Virus record (IMG/VR): IMGVR_UViG_3300036800_000502
Reading direction: 5' to 3' (one strand)
Source: an uncultured virus (IMG/VR IMGVR_UViG_3300036800_000502)
Lineage: Duplodnaviria > Heunggongvirae > Uroviricota > Caudoviricetes
Length of the DNA stretch: 64,000 nucleotides
Shown here: positions 30,256 to 40,990 of the stretch, piece after piece
Numbering within the stretch: the stretch's first letter is position 1
How the letters are laid out: each line of letters opens with the position of its first letter
Notes under the pieces: generated by a model
Databases searched by the model: none
The model's input: the letters and a program-made list of their open reading frames with translations, nothing else
Told to the model about the DNA's origin: nothing
Program-made: the position numbers and the translations under genes

Positions 30256-30539
30256 CCGAGCCGATCAGCGATGCCACCCTGCGAGCCAAACATGGCAATG
30301 CCTACCCCGACGACGACCCCTACTGTCGAGTGTGCGGAACGTCCTGGCCCTGCGTGGTCATCCGAACACTGAATGTTTCGGCAACCCGTATCGACGAACT
30401 AACTGACGCAGTGAAGGCGGCGTCTACCGCCATGCACTCGATCACCGAGCGCCACCCGGACTCTCCCCGGGGAGAACACCCAGCCGTCGACATCTGCGCC
30501 GATGCCTTGCCCGCCGTCGACAAGGTGTTACGACCATGA
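30252..30539 (+). CDS. Hypothetical protein with CxxC-WPC insert (paralog of previous gene)
   Basis: MTEPISD...YCRVCGTSWPC...PAVDICADAL. Confidence 0.75.
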   Translation: MTEPISDATLRAKHGNAYPDDDPYCRVCGTSWPCVVIRTLNVSATRIDELTDAVKAASTAMHSITERHPDSPRGEHPAVDICADALPAVDKVLRP

Positions 30540-31048
30540 GTGACCGGATGCGGCTACGCCGAGCTGACGGTGAGGTCTACCTCGACAGGCGCGGGTTCAC
30601 CCTCCCCAGCACTTGGGGGATCTTCCTTCATCGGATGGATGCTCCCGACCCCGGCCTCGATCTCCACGACCACCCATGGTGGTTCGTTTCGTTCATCATC
30701 GCTGGCGGCTACACCGAGGAACGAGCACCGGTCCGTGACGCCCCGTCCTACGCCGAGTGGGCCGAGCGGTTCCCGGGCGTCTGCACCCGGGGCTTTGTCG
30801 AGCGCCGCCGGCGTTGGTCCTTCAAGGTCATGCGCCTCGACGAGTGTCATCGCATCACCGAGCTCGCCGGCCGTCACTGCTGGACCCTGGTCCTTCACGG
30901 GCCCCGCCGACAGAAGTGGGGGTTCTACCTCCCCAACGGCTGGATGTTCAAGGACAAATACGACCAGACGGTCAGAGCCGAACGCCGCGATCTCTTCCCC
31001 GAGGCCTCCAACGTCGACGACCCACGAGCGAAGGTGAAGAACCGATGA
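30536..31048 (+). CDS. Cupin-fold protein
   Basis: LHDHPWWFVSFII.GGYTEE, HRI, WTLV..GPR..KWGF. Confidence 0.75.
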   Translation: MSDRMRLRRADGEVYLDRRGFTLPSTWGIFLHRMDAPDPGLDLHDHPWWFVSFIIAGGYTEERAPVRDAPSYAEWAERFPGVCTRGFVERRRRWSFKVMRLDECHRITELAGRHCWTLVLHGPRRQKWGFYLPNGWMFKDKYDQTVRAERRDLFPEASNVDDPRAKVKNR

Positions 31049-31199
31049 CCAGAGACGAAGCCATAGCCGCCTGCGAGGCGGCGTCAGGCATGTTGTGGCA
31101 AGCAGCTGCGGGCAACCGCTTGGTCATGGACAGGGAGAAGCTGAGGAGCCAATCGCTGCTGCTGGGAGATGTGGCCCGGTACCTGACCGAGAGCAAGCC

Positions 31200-32033
31200 A
31201 TGAAGACACCAGAGATGACCCAGCTCACTGTCTCCATCGGCAAAATCTCCGCGGACCCGGAGAGCCCCCGGGACGACGACACCCCCGACGAAGGACTGGT
31301 CGCCTCGATCAAAGAGCTGGGGACACTCGCACCGATCCTCGTACGAGGGACCCGAACCGGGCACTACCAGATCATCGTCGGCGGCCGCCGGTGGCGGGCG
31401 GCCCAAGAGGCCGGCCTGGTCGAGATCCCCTGCCTCGTAGTCAAGGGTTGGGACCACGCCTGGATCCTTGCCGCGCAGATCGCTGAGAACACCCACCGCA
31501 AGGGGCTCAACCCCATCGAGAAGGCGAAGGGACTCGAGCGGCTGCGGAAGCTGGTCGGCAACAAGCCTGCCGTCATGGTGGCCATGACCGGGCTCAGCCA
31601 GTCCGACGCCTACCGCTACCTGGCGCTACTGAAGTTGCCGCCGGAGAAGCAGGCCCTCGTCGCCGACGGCACGATCACCGTGTCGAAAGCCCTCGCCTAC
31701 GACCGGTCGCCGAGCCAGCGGATCAGGGGCTCCACGGTGGAGCCCCACTTCGACGAGCTCATGGGGTTCATCGTGGCCCTGGGGCGGGCGATCATCCAGG
31801 ACGACCCCGACGCCCAGCACGCCAACGCCTTCGCCGCCAAGACCGCCCTGGACCGGTGGGCGGGGGAGGGAGCGTCCAGCGGGCCGACCATCAGCTGCCC
31901 CTACTGCCCGGCCAAACTGCCAGTGGCGACACCTCCCGACGCCGAGCACCGCCGGGCCGCCCTGGTCCGGCACCTGAACACCAGCGACACCTGCAAGGCG
32001 AAGCACGCCAAGGCGCTCCGTCAGGCCGCCTGA
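31200..32033 (+). CDS. ParB/RepB/Spo0J family protein
   Basis: LVASIKELGTLAPILVR, GGRRWRAA, ENTHRKGLNPIEKA, HTH. Confidence 0.9.
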   Translation: MKTPEMTQLTVSIGKISADPESPRDDDTPDEGLVASIKELGTLAPILVRGTRTGHYQIIVGGRRWRAAQEAGLVEIPCLVVKGWDHAWILAAQIAENTHRKGLNPIEKAKGLERLRKLVGNKPAVMVAMTGLSQSDAYRYLALLKLPPEKQALVADGTITVSKALAYDRSPSQRIRGSTVEPHFDELMGFIVALGRAIIQDDPDAQHANAFAAKTALDRWAGEGASSGPTISCPYCPAKLPVATPPDAEHRRAALVRHLNTSDTCKAKHAKALRQAA

Positions 32034-32041
32034 ACGAGACT

Positions 32042-32112
32042 CTCAAACTTTGAGCCCCGATTGAGAAATTGAGCCGACTATCTCCCTCAACCAGCTCAAT
32101 TGAGCCGCTCAA
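32042..32112. promoter_or_regulatory. Array of TTGAG/CTCAA half-sites
   Basis: Eight half-sites in 71 bp, including CTCAAA-C-TTTGAG and GCTCAATTGAGC palindromes. Confidence 0.55.
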
Positions 32113-32154
32113 ACCAGGGCGGACCCGGCTGGGATCTCGTTGCACAGAGAAGGT

Positions 32155-33978
32155 GTGGCACAAACCGACACCGCACCAGATACCCAAATCCATGAGGAGT
32201 CGGTTGGCCCCCTCACCGGCCTGGCGGCCTGGGATGGAGAAGGCCGATCGCGCCGTCTCAAGCTCACGTCTCAAGCCGTCGGCCGGGTGAGCAAGAAGGC
32301 CCTTTCCCCCTCCACCGCCGACAGCATCCGGTCCTGCCCGGCCCGATGGGCCATCGAGCAGCTCCTTCCCCGGACCACCGATCCATTCGGGCCCGCCGAA
32401 CTCGGCACCGCCACCCATCAGCTCTTCGAGGACCTCTTCGACCGCCCCGCCGGAGAGCGAGGCCTCGCCGCCGCCGCCGAGATCCTCGAGGAGCTCGCCA
32501 CCAAGCACCCCGAGCTCGAGGCCCCCACCGATCCCGACGAGCTGGCCCGGTGGAAGAACGAGGTCCACCGACGGATGATCGGGCTCTGGGACATCGAGGA
32601 CCCTAACGCCGTCACGGTGGTGGAGTCGGAGATGCACCTCAAGACCAGCGTGTTCGGCATCCCCTTCAACGGCTACATCGACCGGGTGGACCGGATGCCC
32701 GACGGCAGCCTCAAGATCGTCGACTACAAAGCCGGCCAGGGCAAAATGAAGTCGGAGAACGCCAAGTACGGCGATGCCCACGGGGACCAGCTCCGGCTCT
32801 ATGTCGAGGCACTCAAGCAGTCCAACCCCGAGTTGGCGGCCGAAGCCGCCGAGGTGTTTTACGTCTTCCACAAACGGTCTCGAACCGTTGACCTGTCGGC
32901 GAAGGCGATGGCCGGTACCCAGACACGGTACGAGAAGTCGTGGGATCTCCTGAACGGGTGTACCGACTCGGGGAAGTTCGCCATGAAGACGTCCCCGCTG
33001 TGCGGGTGGTGTCCTGCCGTCACGGTGTGCCCGTCAGCCCTTTCCGCCAACAAGGTCCCGAAGGTGGAGATGGCTGAGCACGGTGAGCTTCTTGGCATCG
33101 GAACGCCCGTCACGATCTCTACCAAGGCAACGTCCTCCAATACAGAGTCGACCAACGGAGCAGGGCAGCCCGAGTCCTCCCCCGATGAGCTCGCCGCCTT
33201 CCTCACAGACCTCGACACCGGAGTCGAGTCCGGTTATGACCCGGCTACTGACTTCGACTTCGACCCAGTGACCGACGACGCCGGCGGAATCGACGCCCTC
33301 ACCGGCCTCCCCGTCACCAACTTCGATGGCATTGAGCCCACCCATTCCCCAGCCGACCCCAGCGACTCCCCGGAGCCATGCGTCCAGTGTGGTGCCGCCC
33401 TTACCACGACCGGCATCTGTGCCAGTTGCGCGGAGGAGGTAGCCACCGGCTCCGGCCCGCCCTCGGAGCAGGAGAATATGCCGCCCTCATCAGTAGCAGA
33501 GAACACGACAGCTATCACCGATGGAGGTGTGAGCATGTACGAAGACAAGCCCTGGGAAGAGACCACCGGAGACGGGACTCTCAACCTCAACTCCTACGCC
33601 GCCACCGCGGTGTTCGGCATCGTGGAGCTGGCCGTCGAGGCCCTTCACGCCCATGACCAGAAAGTGTCGGGCAAGAGTGTCGATGCCCTGGCCGAGACCT
33701 TCGCCACCATCGTCGAGAGGGCACAGGCCGGACTCGGGGGCACCCCCTCGATGCAGGCCGGGAGCCACACCCGGCTCCGCGGCGCTCTCCGTACCTCGCT
33801 GGAGACCATCCCACCCCCGTTCGGCGAAGACGCCGACGAGTGGGAGCTGTGGGTCGCCAAGTCGGAGAATCGGGTCAAGGCCATCACCAAGGCAGCCGTC
33901 CGGCTGTGGGAGGGCGGGGACTCCAACGAGAAGCCCTGGACCGTCCTGGCCGCCCCGGCGTTGCGGGCGGTGAACTGA
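32155..33978 (+). CDS. RecB/Cas4-like PD-(D/E)XK nuclease with Fe-S-type Cys, acidic linker and C-terminal helical domain
   Basis: LSPS...SCPARW, LGTATH, GYIDRVD, IVDYKAG, QLRLY, CGWCPAVTVC. Confidence 0.85.
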   Translation: MAQTDTAPDTQIHEESVGPLTGLAAWDGEGRSRRLKLTSQAVGRVSKKALSPSTADSIRSCPARWAIEQLLPRTTDPFGPAELGTATHQLFEDLFDRPAGERGLAAAAEILEELATKHPELEAPTDPDELARWKNEVHRRMIGLWDIEDPNAVTVVESEMHLKTSVFGIPFNGYIDRVDRMPDGSLKIVDYKAGQGKMKSENAKYGDAHGDQLRLYVEALKQSNPELAAEAAEVFYVFHKRSRTVDLSAKAMAGTQTRYEKSWDLLNGCTDSGKFAMKTSPLCGWCPAVTVCPSALSANKVPKVEMAEHGELLGIGTPVTISTKATSSNTESTNGAGQPESSPDELAAFLTDLDTGVESGYDPATDFDFDPVTDDAGGIDALTGLPVTNFDGIEPTHSPADPSDSPEPCVQCGAALTTTGICASCAEEVATGSGPPSEQENMPPSSVAENTTAITDGGVSMYEDKPWEETTGDGTLNLNSYAATAVFGIVELAVEALHAHDQKVSGKSVDALAETFATIVERAQAGLGGTPSMQAGSHTRLRGALRTSLETIPPPFGEDADEWELWVAKSENRVKAITKAAVRLWEGGDSNEKPWTVLAAPALRAVN

Positions 33979-33979
33979 C

Positions 33980-34369
33980 ATGGGAAGCGTCACCATCGAG
34001 GGGAACCTCACCCGGGACCCGGAGATCCGCTACACCCGGGACGGTAAAGCGGTGACTCAGCTGGGGGTGGCCGTCAACCGGAGGTGGCGGGACGGACCGA
34101 ACGATGTGTGGGAAGAATCCACCTCGTTCTTCGACGTGGTGTGCTGGAGCGAGCTGGCCGAGAACTGCGCCCTCAGCCTCGCCCGGGGCATGAGAGTCAT
34201 CGTCACCGGCCGGTTGGAGCAGCGCAGTTGGGAGACCGAGGAGGGCGACCGCCGATGGAAGGTCGAGATTTCCGCCTCCGACGTCGGCCCCTCCCTGCGG
34301 CTCGCCACCGCCGATGTCCAACGGGTCGAACGCCACACCAGCGAGCCCGACAAGGTGTTCTACGAATGA
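33980..34369 (+). CDS. ssb: Single-stranded DNA-binding protein
   Basis: GNLTRDPEIRYT...FFDVVCW..LAEN...GRLEQRSWE actinobacterial SSB pattern. Confidence 0.95.
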   Translation: MGSVTIEGNLTRDPEIRYTRDGKAVTQLGVAVNRRWRDGPNDVWEESTSFFDVVCWSELAENCALSLARGMRVIVTGRLEQRSWETEEGDRRWKVEISASDVGPSLRLATADVQRVERHTSEPDKVFYE

Positions 34370-35419
34370 TGAAGGACCTCCCAACCCCCGAGCAGTACCG
34401 GGCGGCGTGTGACACCGCCGTGAAACTGGACACCGCCCCAGCCCACGAGTGCCTGGGCGACTTCTGCCCTTCCTGCGGCCAGCCCTGGGACCCACCGATG
34501 CCGGGAGGCCCTGAGTGCCACTGTCCCGAGTACCTGGTCCACGCTGACCTCACGACGGGATGGATCGGAGTGGCAACGGTCAAGCAGATCCAGGCCAGAC
34601 CGAGAGCGGCCTGACCGATGGCCGGGACAGTGACAGCGCAGAGGCGATCCCGCTTCGACTGTGTGCTCCGTCCGATGGTGGCGGTGGCCTGTGGCTACGA
34701 AGTCGCCGCCCTGCTCCCCAAGTCGCGGCTCCCGACCATCTCGTCGGTGTGCGGTCGTCACCGGTGGCTGGCCCCGATCATCGTGAGCGGGCTCGCCGTC
34801 CACCTGCGTCACTGACACCACCCAACCAGGAGAACCCATGAAGACCCTCCGACTCACTGTTACCGATTTCTGGCCCGCCGCCGACGGCTACATGGAATAC
34901 ATCGGCGAGGTCAATCTGGAAACCCGATTCGATGGCAACGTCGAAATCGACGGAGGGCTCGGCCCGGTGCGGTTCAATACGTCGCTGAACGTGAAGGGCC
35001 GGTTGCGTGTCTACTCCGGCACCAGCATTCGCGTGGAGGGCATCGTCGAAGCCGGCGGATACATCGAAGCAGAGGGGGAAGTTGCTGCGTGCCGGGGCAT
35101 TTTCGGGGGCCAGGATCTCGAAAACCCCCTGGCTCCGGCACCGACATGAGCTGGGCGAAGATCCTCGAGCTGGCCTGCGACACCGACATCTGCGACAGCA
35201 CGCTGATGGCTGAGGGCAACGCCGCGACCATAACGAAGCTCACGGCCTACGCCCGATCCCAGGGCTGGAAGTTCAGGCGGAGCGGCTACGCCACCTGCCA
35301 GGAGTGCAACTACACCGGCCAGGACCTCATCGCCCTGAACCCCGCCCCCAAGCCGGTCGGGACTCTCACCGCACAGAGGGTGTCGAGTCACACCCACCGA
35401 TCACTATGAACCGACAGCC

Positions 35420-35866
35420 ATGACCACCACAACTGAGACCGAGACGAGCGACCCACAACCGGTGCTGAGCCTGCTGGCCGGCATTGGCAGTGAGGTAGGC
35501 GACGGACAGGACATGTCGTGGTGGCAGGACGCTGAGTGTCGAGGTACCGACCCCGACCTGTTCTTCCCGGAACGGGGTGCTTCGCTCGTAGCAGCCAAAG
35601 CCGTCTGCGCCGACTGTTCGGTGGCCGACGAGTGCCTCGCCTTCGGGCTGTACGAGAAGTTCGGCATCTGGGGCGGGCTCTCGGAGCGGGAGCGCCGGGT
35701 CCTCCGGCGCCGGCTACCGAAGACACCCAGGCCCCGCCAAGCTGCTGCCTGCGGGACACTGGCCGGCTACCGGCGGCACCTCCGCGAGGGCACCCCAACC
35801 TGTGTGGGGTGTCGGCGAGCCAACGTCCTGAACAGCCAGCTCCGCAAAGAACGGCGATCGGCATGA
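35420..35866 (+). CDS. WhiB-family Fe-S transcription regulator with extra C-terminal Cys/His domain
   Basis: WWQDAEC..DPDLFFP...AKAVCADC..EC...GIWGGLSERER; CGT..GY..H...C..C tail. Confidence 0.9.
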   Translation: MTTTTETETSDPQPVLSLLAGIGSEVGDGQDMSWWQDAECRGTDPDLFFPERGASLVAAKAVCADCSVADECLAFGLYEKFGIWGGLSERERRVLRRRLPKTPRPRQAAACGTLAGYRRHLREGTPTCVGCRRANVLNSQLRKERRSA

Positions 35867-38331
35867 CCATGACCGCGCAATCCGAGATGAGTTCCGCCGA
35901 GAAGGCAAGATCAGAGAGAACCACCCCCATCCTCCGGGCCCAGACGCCGTGTTGCGGGAACTCGCCGGAGTTCCCAGACGACGACCCGGTGGGTACCGTC
36001 TACGAGCGGGTCTGTGGGTCGTGCAAGGCCAAGTACCGCATTACCCGCCGCCAAGGCCTGATGACCAAGTTGACCTACCACGCCCTCGAATGGGAGATCG
36101 TGAAACCACCCAAGCTCCCGGCGAAGATCGAGAAGGTGAACGTCCCACCGCCGCCGAGACGACGGACACGGTGACTACGAACCCCATGGACCGAGTGGCT
36201 GACCTCGACCCGGTGCGCCCAGCCACTCTCCTTGACGGCACTTGGACCGACGACGGGCTGACCCTGACCACCCGCTGGAGTTGCCCCATCGGGACGGTGA
36301 CCCAAGTTGCTCGCTGGACGGACACACCGTCTCCGGATGAGGTCGACGCCGCTCTCACCATCCCTCCAGTGTGGTCGGAGAACGGTGCGGCAGGTCAGAG
36401 ATCCCGCCTGATGCGGAAGGGTCCGTTCTTTGTTGTCGTGTCTACGGGGCCCCCGACCTGGTGGGTTCCCAAGTTCAGGGTGGCTCGTCGGTATGTACGG
36501 TTTGGCTGGCTGAACCTCGCTGTGGAGATCTCCCGACGGATGAGAAAGTGACCCTGCCCGTCAAGGCCGAGACCACCGGGGAGATCGTGGCACCGGAGAC
36601 ACAAGGGCCGCATCCACCGAAACGGAGCCCACACCATGGCTGACACCATCGACCTCGCCGCCCTCCGGCAGATCGCCGAGACGGCCAAGGTGTGCGCCGA
36701 CGCCATCACCGCATTTGACTCGGCGGGCGCTGAGGATGACAGCCCTGAGCAAAACCGCCTGGTCTGGGCGCTGACCGACGCTCACAACGAGTTCACCGCG
36801 GCGATTGGATTCGGCTTTGCGTGCGATGAACAACAGGTTGCCCCGCTGGTCGCATCCTTCCTCCCGCTGTTCGACAAGATCACCGAGCTCGAAGAACTGC
36901 TCCGGGTGTTGGGCAATCGCCAGATCGCCAGAGACCACCAGTTGGCCGAATCCCAGGCCGGGCTCGCCGCCTCCAAGGAGAGGGAACGGGTGTTATTGGG
37001 CCGCATCGGCACCGCTATCCAGTCCCTAGAAGGTAGCGATGACCGGGAGGCTGTAATCGACCTGCTGTGGCCTCCCGACGAAGAGAAAGGGTGGGAAGAT
37101 GGCCGATGATGACTACCCACCGCTGACGGTGGCGCAACTGGTCGCGCAGATCAAGCGGCAGGAGCCCGACCCGGGGGCCATCGTCCATCTCCGAGTTCAG
37201 ACGAGCGTCGGCCCGCCTGGCTCCGGGGTGATCTATACCGAGGATGCCCTTCTCCGCCACATTTACAACAGCGCCCAACACGGGGAGACACCGTGGGTCG
37301 AGCTGGAGGGCCGGGTCGAGTGGAGTCCGCAAACCGAGCGGAATGCAGCAGTGGAGGCCGTGGTGTCGGCGGTACGGCGGCTACAAAGTGCAGACACCGA
37401 GGACGACGGGTCTGCGGTCTGGCTCGCCCGGAACGCTCTGGACGATGCCATCGACCGCCTCGACGCTCTGGAAGCGACGGTAACACCGTGAGCCAAGGCG
37501 CTCGAAACATCCACGCCCTCGCCGGCACCTTGCGCCGATCGGAACGGGAGGCTGCCGAGGGTCCGTGTGCTCTGCATCCCAGCCGCCCATCGGTCGGGTT
37601 CATATCGGGCCCGCTCGGGGTAACGCCCAAGGGGTGTTGCGAGGCGTGCGCCCAGTACGCGGCAGCCAATGGGTACACCGTCCACCAGGGTGTGGCCGTG
37701 GCACCCGTCGAGTGGGACACCATCGGGGCGAAGGTCGTCGGGACCGCCGACAGCCCGAGTGCCATCGCCCAGCGGTTCGATGTGCCCGAGGACGATGTGG
37801 AGCACGAGCTGTCGCTCGCCGGCATCGAGACATGTCCGATCTGCGGATGGTGGGTGGCGGCCAGCGAGATCCGCGACGAAGGATGCGAGGGATGCCGTGG
37901 GTGAGTCCACATGACCGCCCGGACCGAGACCGAGCGGATGGTCGTGGCTTTTATCAACAGAAGGAACGGCGCCTACCTGGTGTCCATGATCGACCCTTCG
38001 CCCGGCGAGAAGTTTCCCGACGAGCTCTACGACTGTGCCTCGTCGGTGGTGGTGGCCAAACGGCTGGCCCGGGAGTCAGCTATCGAGTTCGGCTACACCG
38101 GACCGTTCCGGTGGAAGACGGACGACTCATCCGTGCTCTTGCTGGAGGCCACCCTTACCTTCACCTGGGGCGATAACGACGAGGACGGGTAAGGGCCGCC
38201 AGCTCGGGACACTCCTAGCCTGCCGCCCTCATCAGAGGCACAACCCCGGTAGCACCCGGGTGAGATCCTCGTTGCACAGAGGGAAGTAAGAACCAAAAGC
38301 CCAGATGGGCAAGAACCAACGGAGGCACATC

Positions 38332-38805
38332 ATGGAGCAGTCAGAAGTCAACCAGATCATCTTGGCCAGCCTCGCCGCCACCGGCCCGGTGGGCGATGAC
38401 TTCGCCGAGTGGAACGCCCAGGTGACTGACATGGCCGCCAGGATCACAGCAATGTGCTCCCCGAACTCGTCCGTGGCCAAGGCCATCGCCGGCGTTGCCA
38501 ACTCCAAGGTGTTCACCGCCACCGTCATGGCCATCACCAAAGAGACCTCCTCCACCCGTGGGGTGGTCACCCTGAAGACCCGCCCGTCGAAGTTCCACGA
38601 GGACGGGATCGAACAGGCTCGCACCGAGCGGACCGACAGCCCCGAGGGCCTCATCATGGCCAAGCGGCTTCGGAGCCTGGTCGGCAACCGGGTCGCCATC
38701 TGGGTCGAGGTCGAAGAGACTGGCGACGGTGACCGCAAGGTCCGGGTCGTGCGCCATGTCGAGGACCTGGGTCCGGACACCAGCACCGCCGAGCAGGCTG
38801 CCTGA
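38332..38805 (+). CDS. Hypothetical protein with both promoter-like motifs upstream
   Basis: GGAGG RBS; motif A at 38222 and motif B variant at 38271. Confidence 0.8.
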   Translation: MEQSEVNQIILASLAATGPVGDDFAEWNAQVTDMAARITAMCSPNSSVAKAIAGVANSKVFTATVMAITKETSSTRGVVTLKTRPSKFHEDGIEQARTERTDSPEGLIMAKRLRSLVGNRVAIWVEVEETGDGDRKVRVVRHVEDLGPDTSTAEQAA

Positions 38806-40699
38806 ACTTCTGCTCCTGGCGGGAGCGAGGGGTGCGAACCGATGAACTCGAACAACGAACCCGATCGCCACTGCCGACGGTTGGCTATCCACGAGCCACA
38901 CGACTACCAGATCCCGGGCGCCGCCTGGTCGAGCACGGTCCGACGCTGCCCAGGGAACGAGCACAACCACGAGAAGTATTGCTGCCGTGAACATGGCACC
39001 CACGTCTCCCCACACGTCGGGTGCATCCTTCGATGACCGGCGACCGACTCGACGACAGCGGTGCGTTCATTCTGGAGGGCGACACCGTGGAGAGTCGGTA
39101 CGTCGACCCCAGCCGGCGGCGCCATGATGTGGATGACCGAGGGCATTGTGATCGGCTTCGGCCCCAACCGGGTCAAGGTCAGGTGGGCCAACGGACGGGT
39201 GGCGTCGGTAGGCAACGAGTGTTTGCGGGTCCTGACCTCTCCCGGGCCCGCCAAACGGGCGGGAGATTCGTGATGGACCCGTACCGAAGCGACGGGGCCA
39301 ATCTCCACCCGAGCGGCAGAAGGCGAGAACTCGCCGCCGCAGAGGCCCGCATTGCCGAACTGGAGGCGCAAGCCGAGACCCGGCGAAAGGTCATGGAGGC
39401 GGCGCGGGCAGTAGTCAGCACATGGCGGGAGAGCGCGAATCTGTATGCCAATCACCAACTGCGGCTTCTTGGTGAAGTAATCCACGAACTCGATATGGCG
39501 GGTGAGTTCAGCTTGTTCGCTCAGACGTGTAAACGCTCCGATGCCCTACAAGCCAAGGAGGGAACGTGAACGTCAGCGATGAAGTGGCACTGATCCGTAC
39601 CCTGCGCGAAGAACGGTCGGCACTGTACGTACGGGTTCGCGACCTCCAAGCTCAACTCGCCGCCGCCCTAGAGAGGGAGCGGCTGCTGCGAGAAACGAAC
39701 GACATTCTCCATGCCAACACCGAGAAGGTTGCTGCGGCTTTGGCTGGGAACGCGGTCAACATGTTGGAAGCAGCCCGAGCCAAAATCTCGGCGATGGAGG
39801 CCGTGGTGTCGGCGGCACAAGAGCGTCATCAGAAGATTCCCGACTTCACCCAAGACCTGCCCGGCGGTGGCACGAATGTTCACATGTGCTCATGCGGCCG
39901 TCAGTTCTGCAAAGAACTCGCGGCTCTCGCCACCATCGACCACGACCTCGGCGGTTCTGGTGCCGACCCCGAACCGCAACCGTCCGACGGTCCCGACTAC
40001 CACGCCGAACATTCCGCCTGGCAATCGCGTCAACCAGCCAATGGGCCAGAAGGAGGGTCCTAAAGTGAGCAACACGATCCTGGCAACGAAAGTCCACGTC
40101 GAGCGCAAAGTGACGTTCTGGTTGAGCGAGGACGAGCAGGTTGTGGTCCCGGCCCGAGGTCATAACCGCTACGTCAAGCTGGACACCGTGGTGGTGGATC
40201 TCGACCGCCGGCTCGGTCCGACCCTCTTTGCGATGGGGACACACGTCCGAAAGGACGGAATCATCTCGCCTCGCTGGGGTATCACCACGGAGTCGGTGGA
40301 CCTGGAGCGAGAGGTCGAGGCCACCTGGATCGAACGGGCACGTATCGAAGCCGAGCGCCACCGCATCGCCCGCTCCTTCGGGGAGGGGAGCGCGGTCCAG
40401 CCCGAGCCGGAGACCAACGAAGTGACCGGCTTGAGAACGCTCCAGTTCCACAACGGTGGTCTATTCGATCCGAGCCCCGTCGACGGCTACGCCGTGCATC
40501 TGGTGTTATCCACCGCCAGGGGGACGCCGGGCCCGACCCTGTGCGGTATCGACCGGTTCGCCGAGGACTGCCCCGGCTGGTCGGTGGGTGGTGGCGTCAG
40601 CCGCCCCGGCATCACTCACACGGCGTGCCCTGGTTGCGCTGAGCAGCGGTCCGCGGTTCCGGAGCTCCCGGTCACCGGACTGGGTTCGGAGGCGTTCTC

Positions 40700-40990
40700 G
40701 TGAGCGCCGCCGGCTGGGTCGAGAAGCTGGACACCATCGCCGACGCAGCAACGATTGGTCCTTGGCAAGCATTCATCCGCAACGACGTCGGGCAGATGTT
40801 GGGGTCGGTAGGGGGCCCCGATCGCCTGACCGCCTGGGGACATATCCGCCCCGCCGACGCCACCTTCATCGCCACCTTCGACCCTCCCACCGTGAAGGCG
40901 ATGCTGGCGGTCGTACAAGCCGCCGACGTGATGGATCTGGACGAACTCGAGCGGGCCGTGGTGGCACTCCGAGAGGCGGTGGGCGGATGA
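40700..40990 (+). CDS. Ead/Ea22-like phage protein
   Basis: ATIGPW...ADATFIATFDPPTVKAML pattern. Confidence 0.55.
   Translation: MSAAGWVEKLDTIADAATIGPWQAFIRNDVGQMLGSVGGPDRLTAWGHIRPADATFIATFDPPTVKAMLAVVQAADVMDLDELERAVVALREAVGG

Noticed and set aside
32155..33100. Cas4-like nuclease as evidence for CRISPR-Cas
   Set aside because: No repeat-spacer array or other cas genes seen; standalone RecB/Cas4-like nucleases are common in mobile elements.
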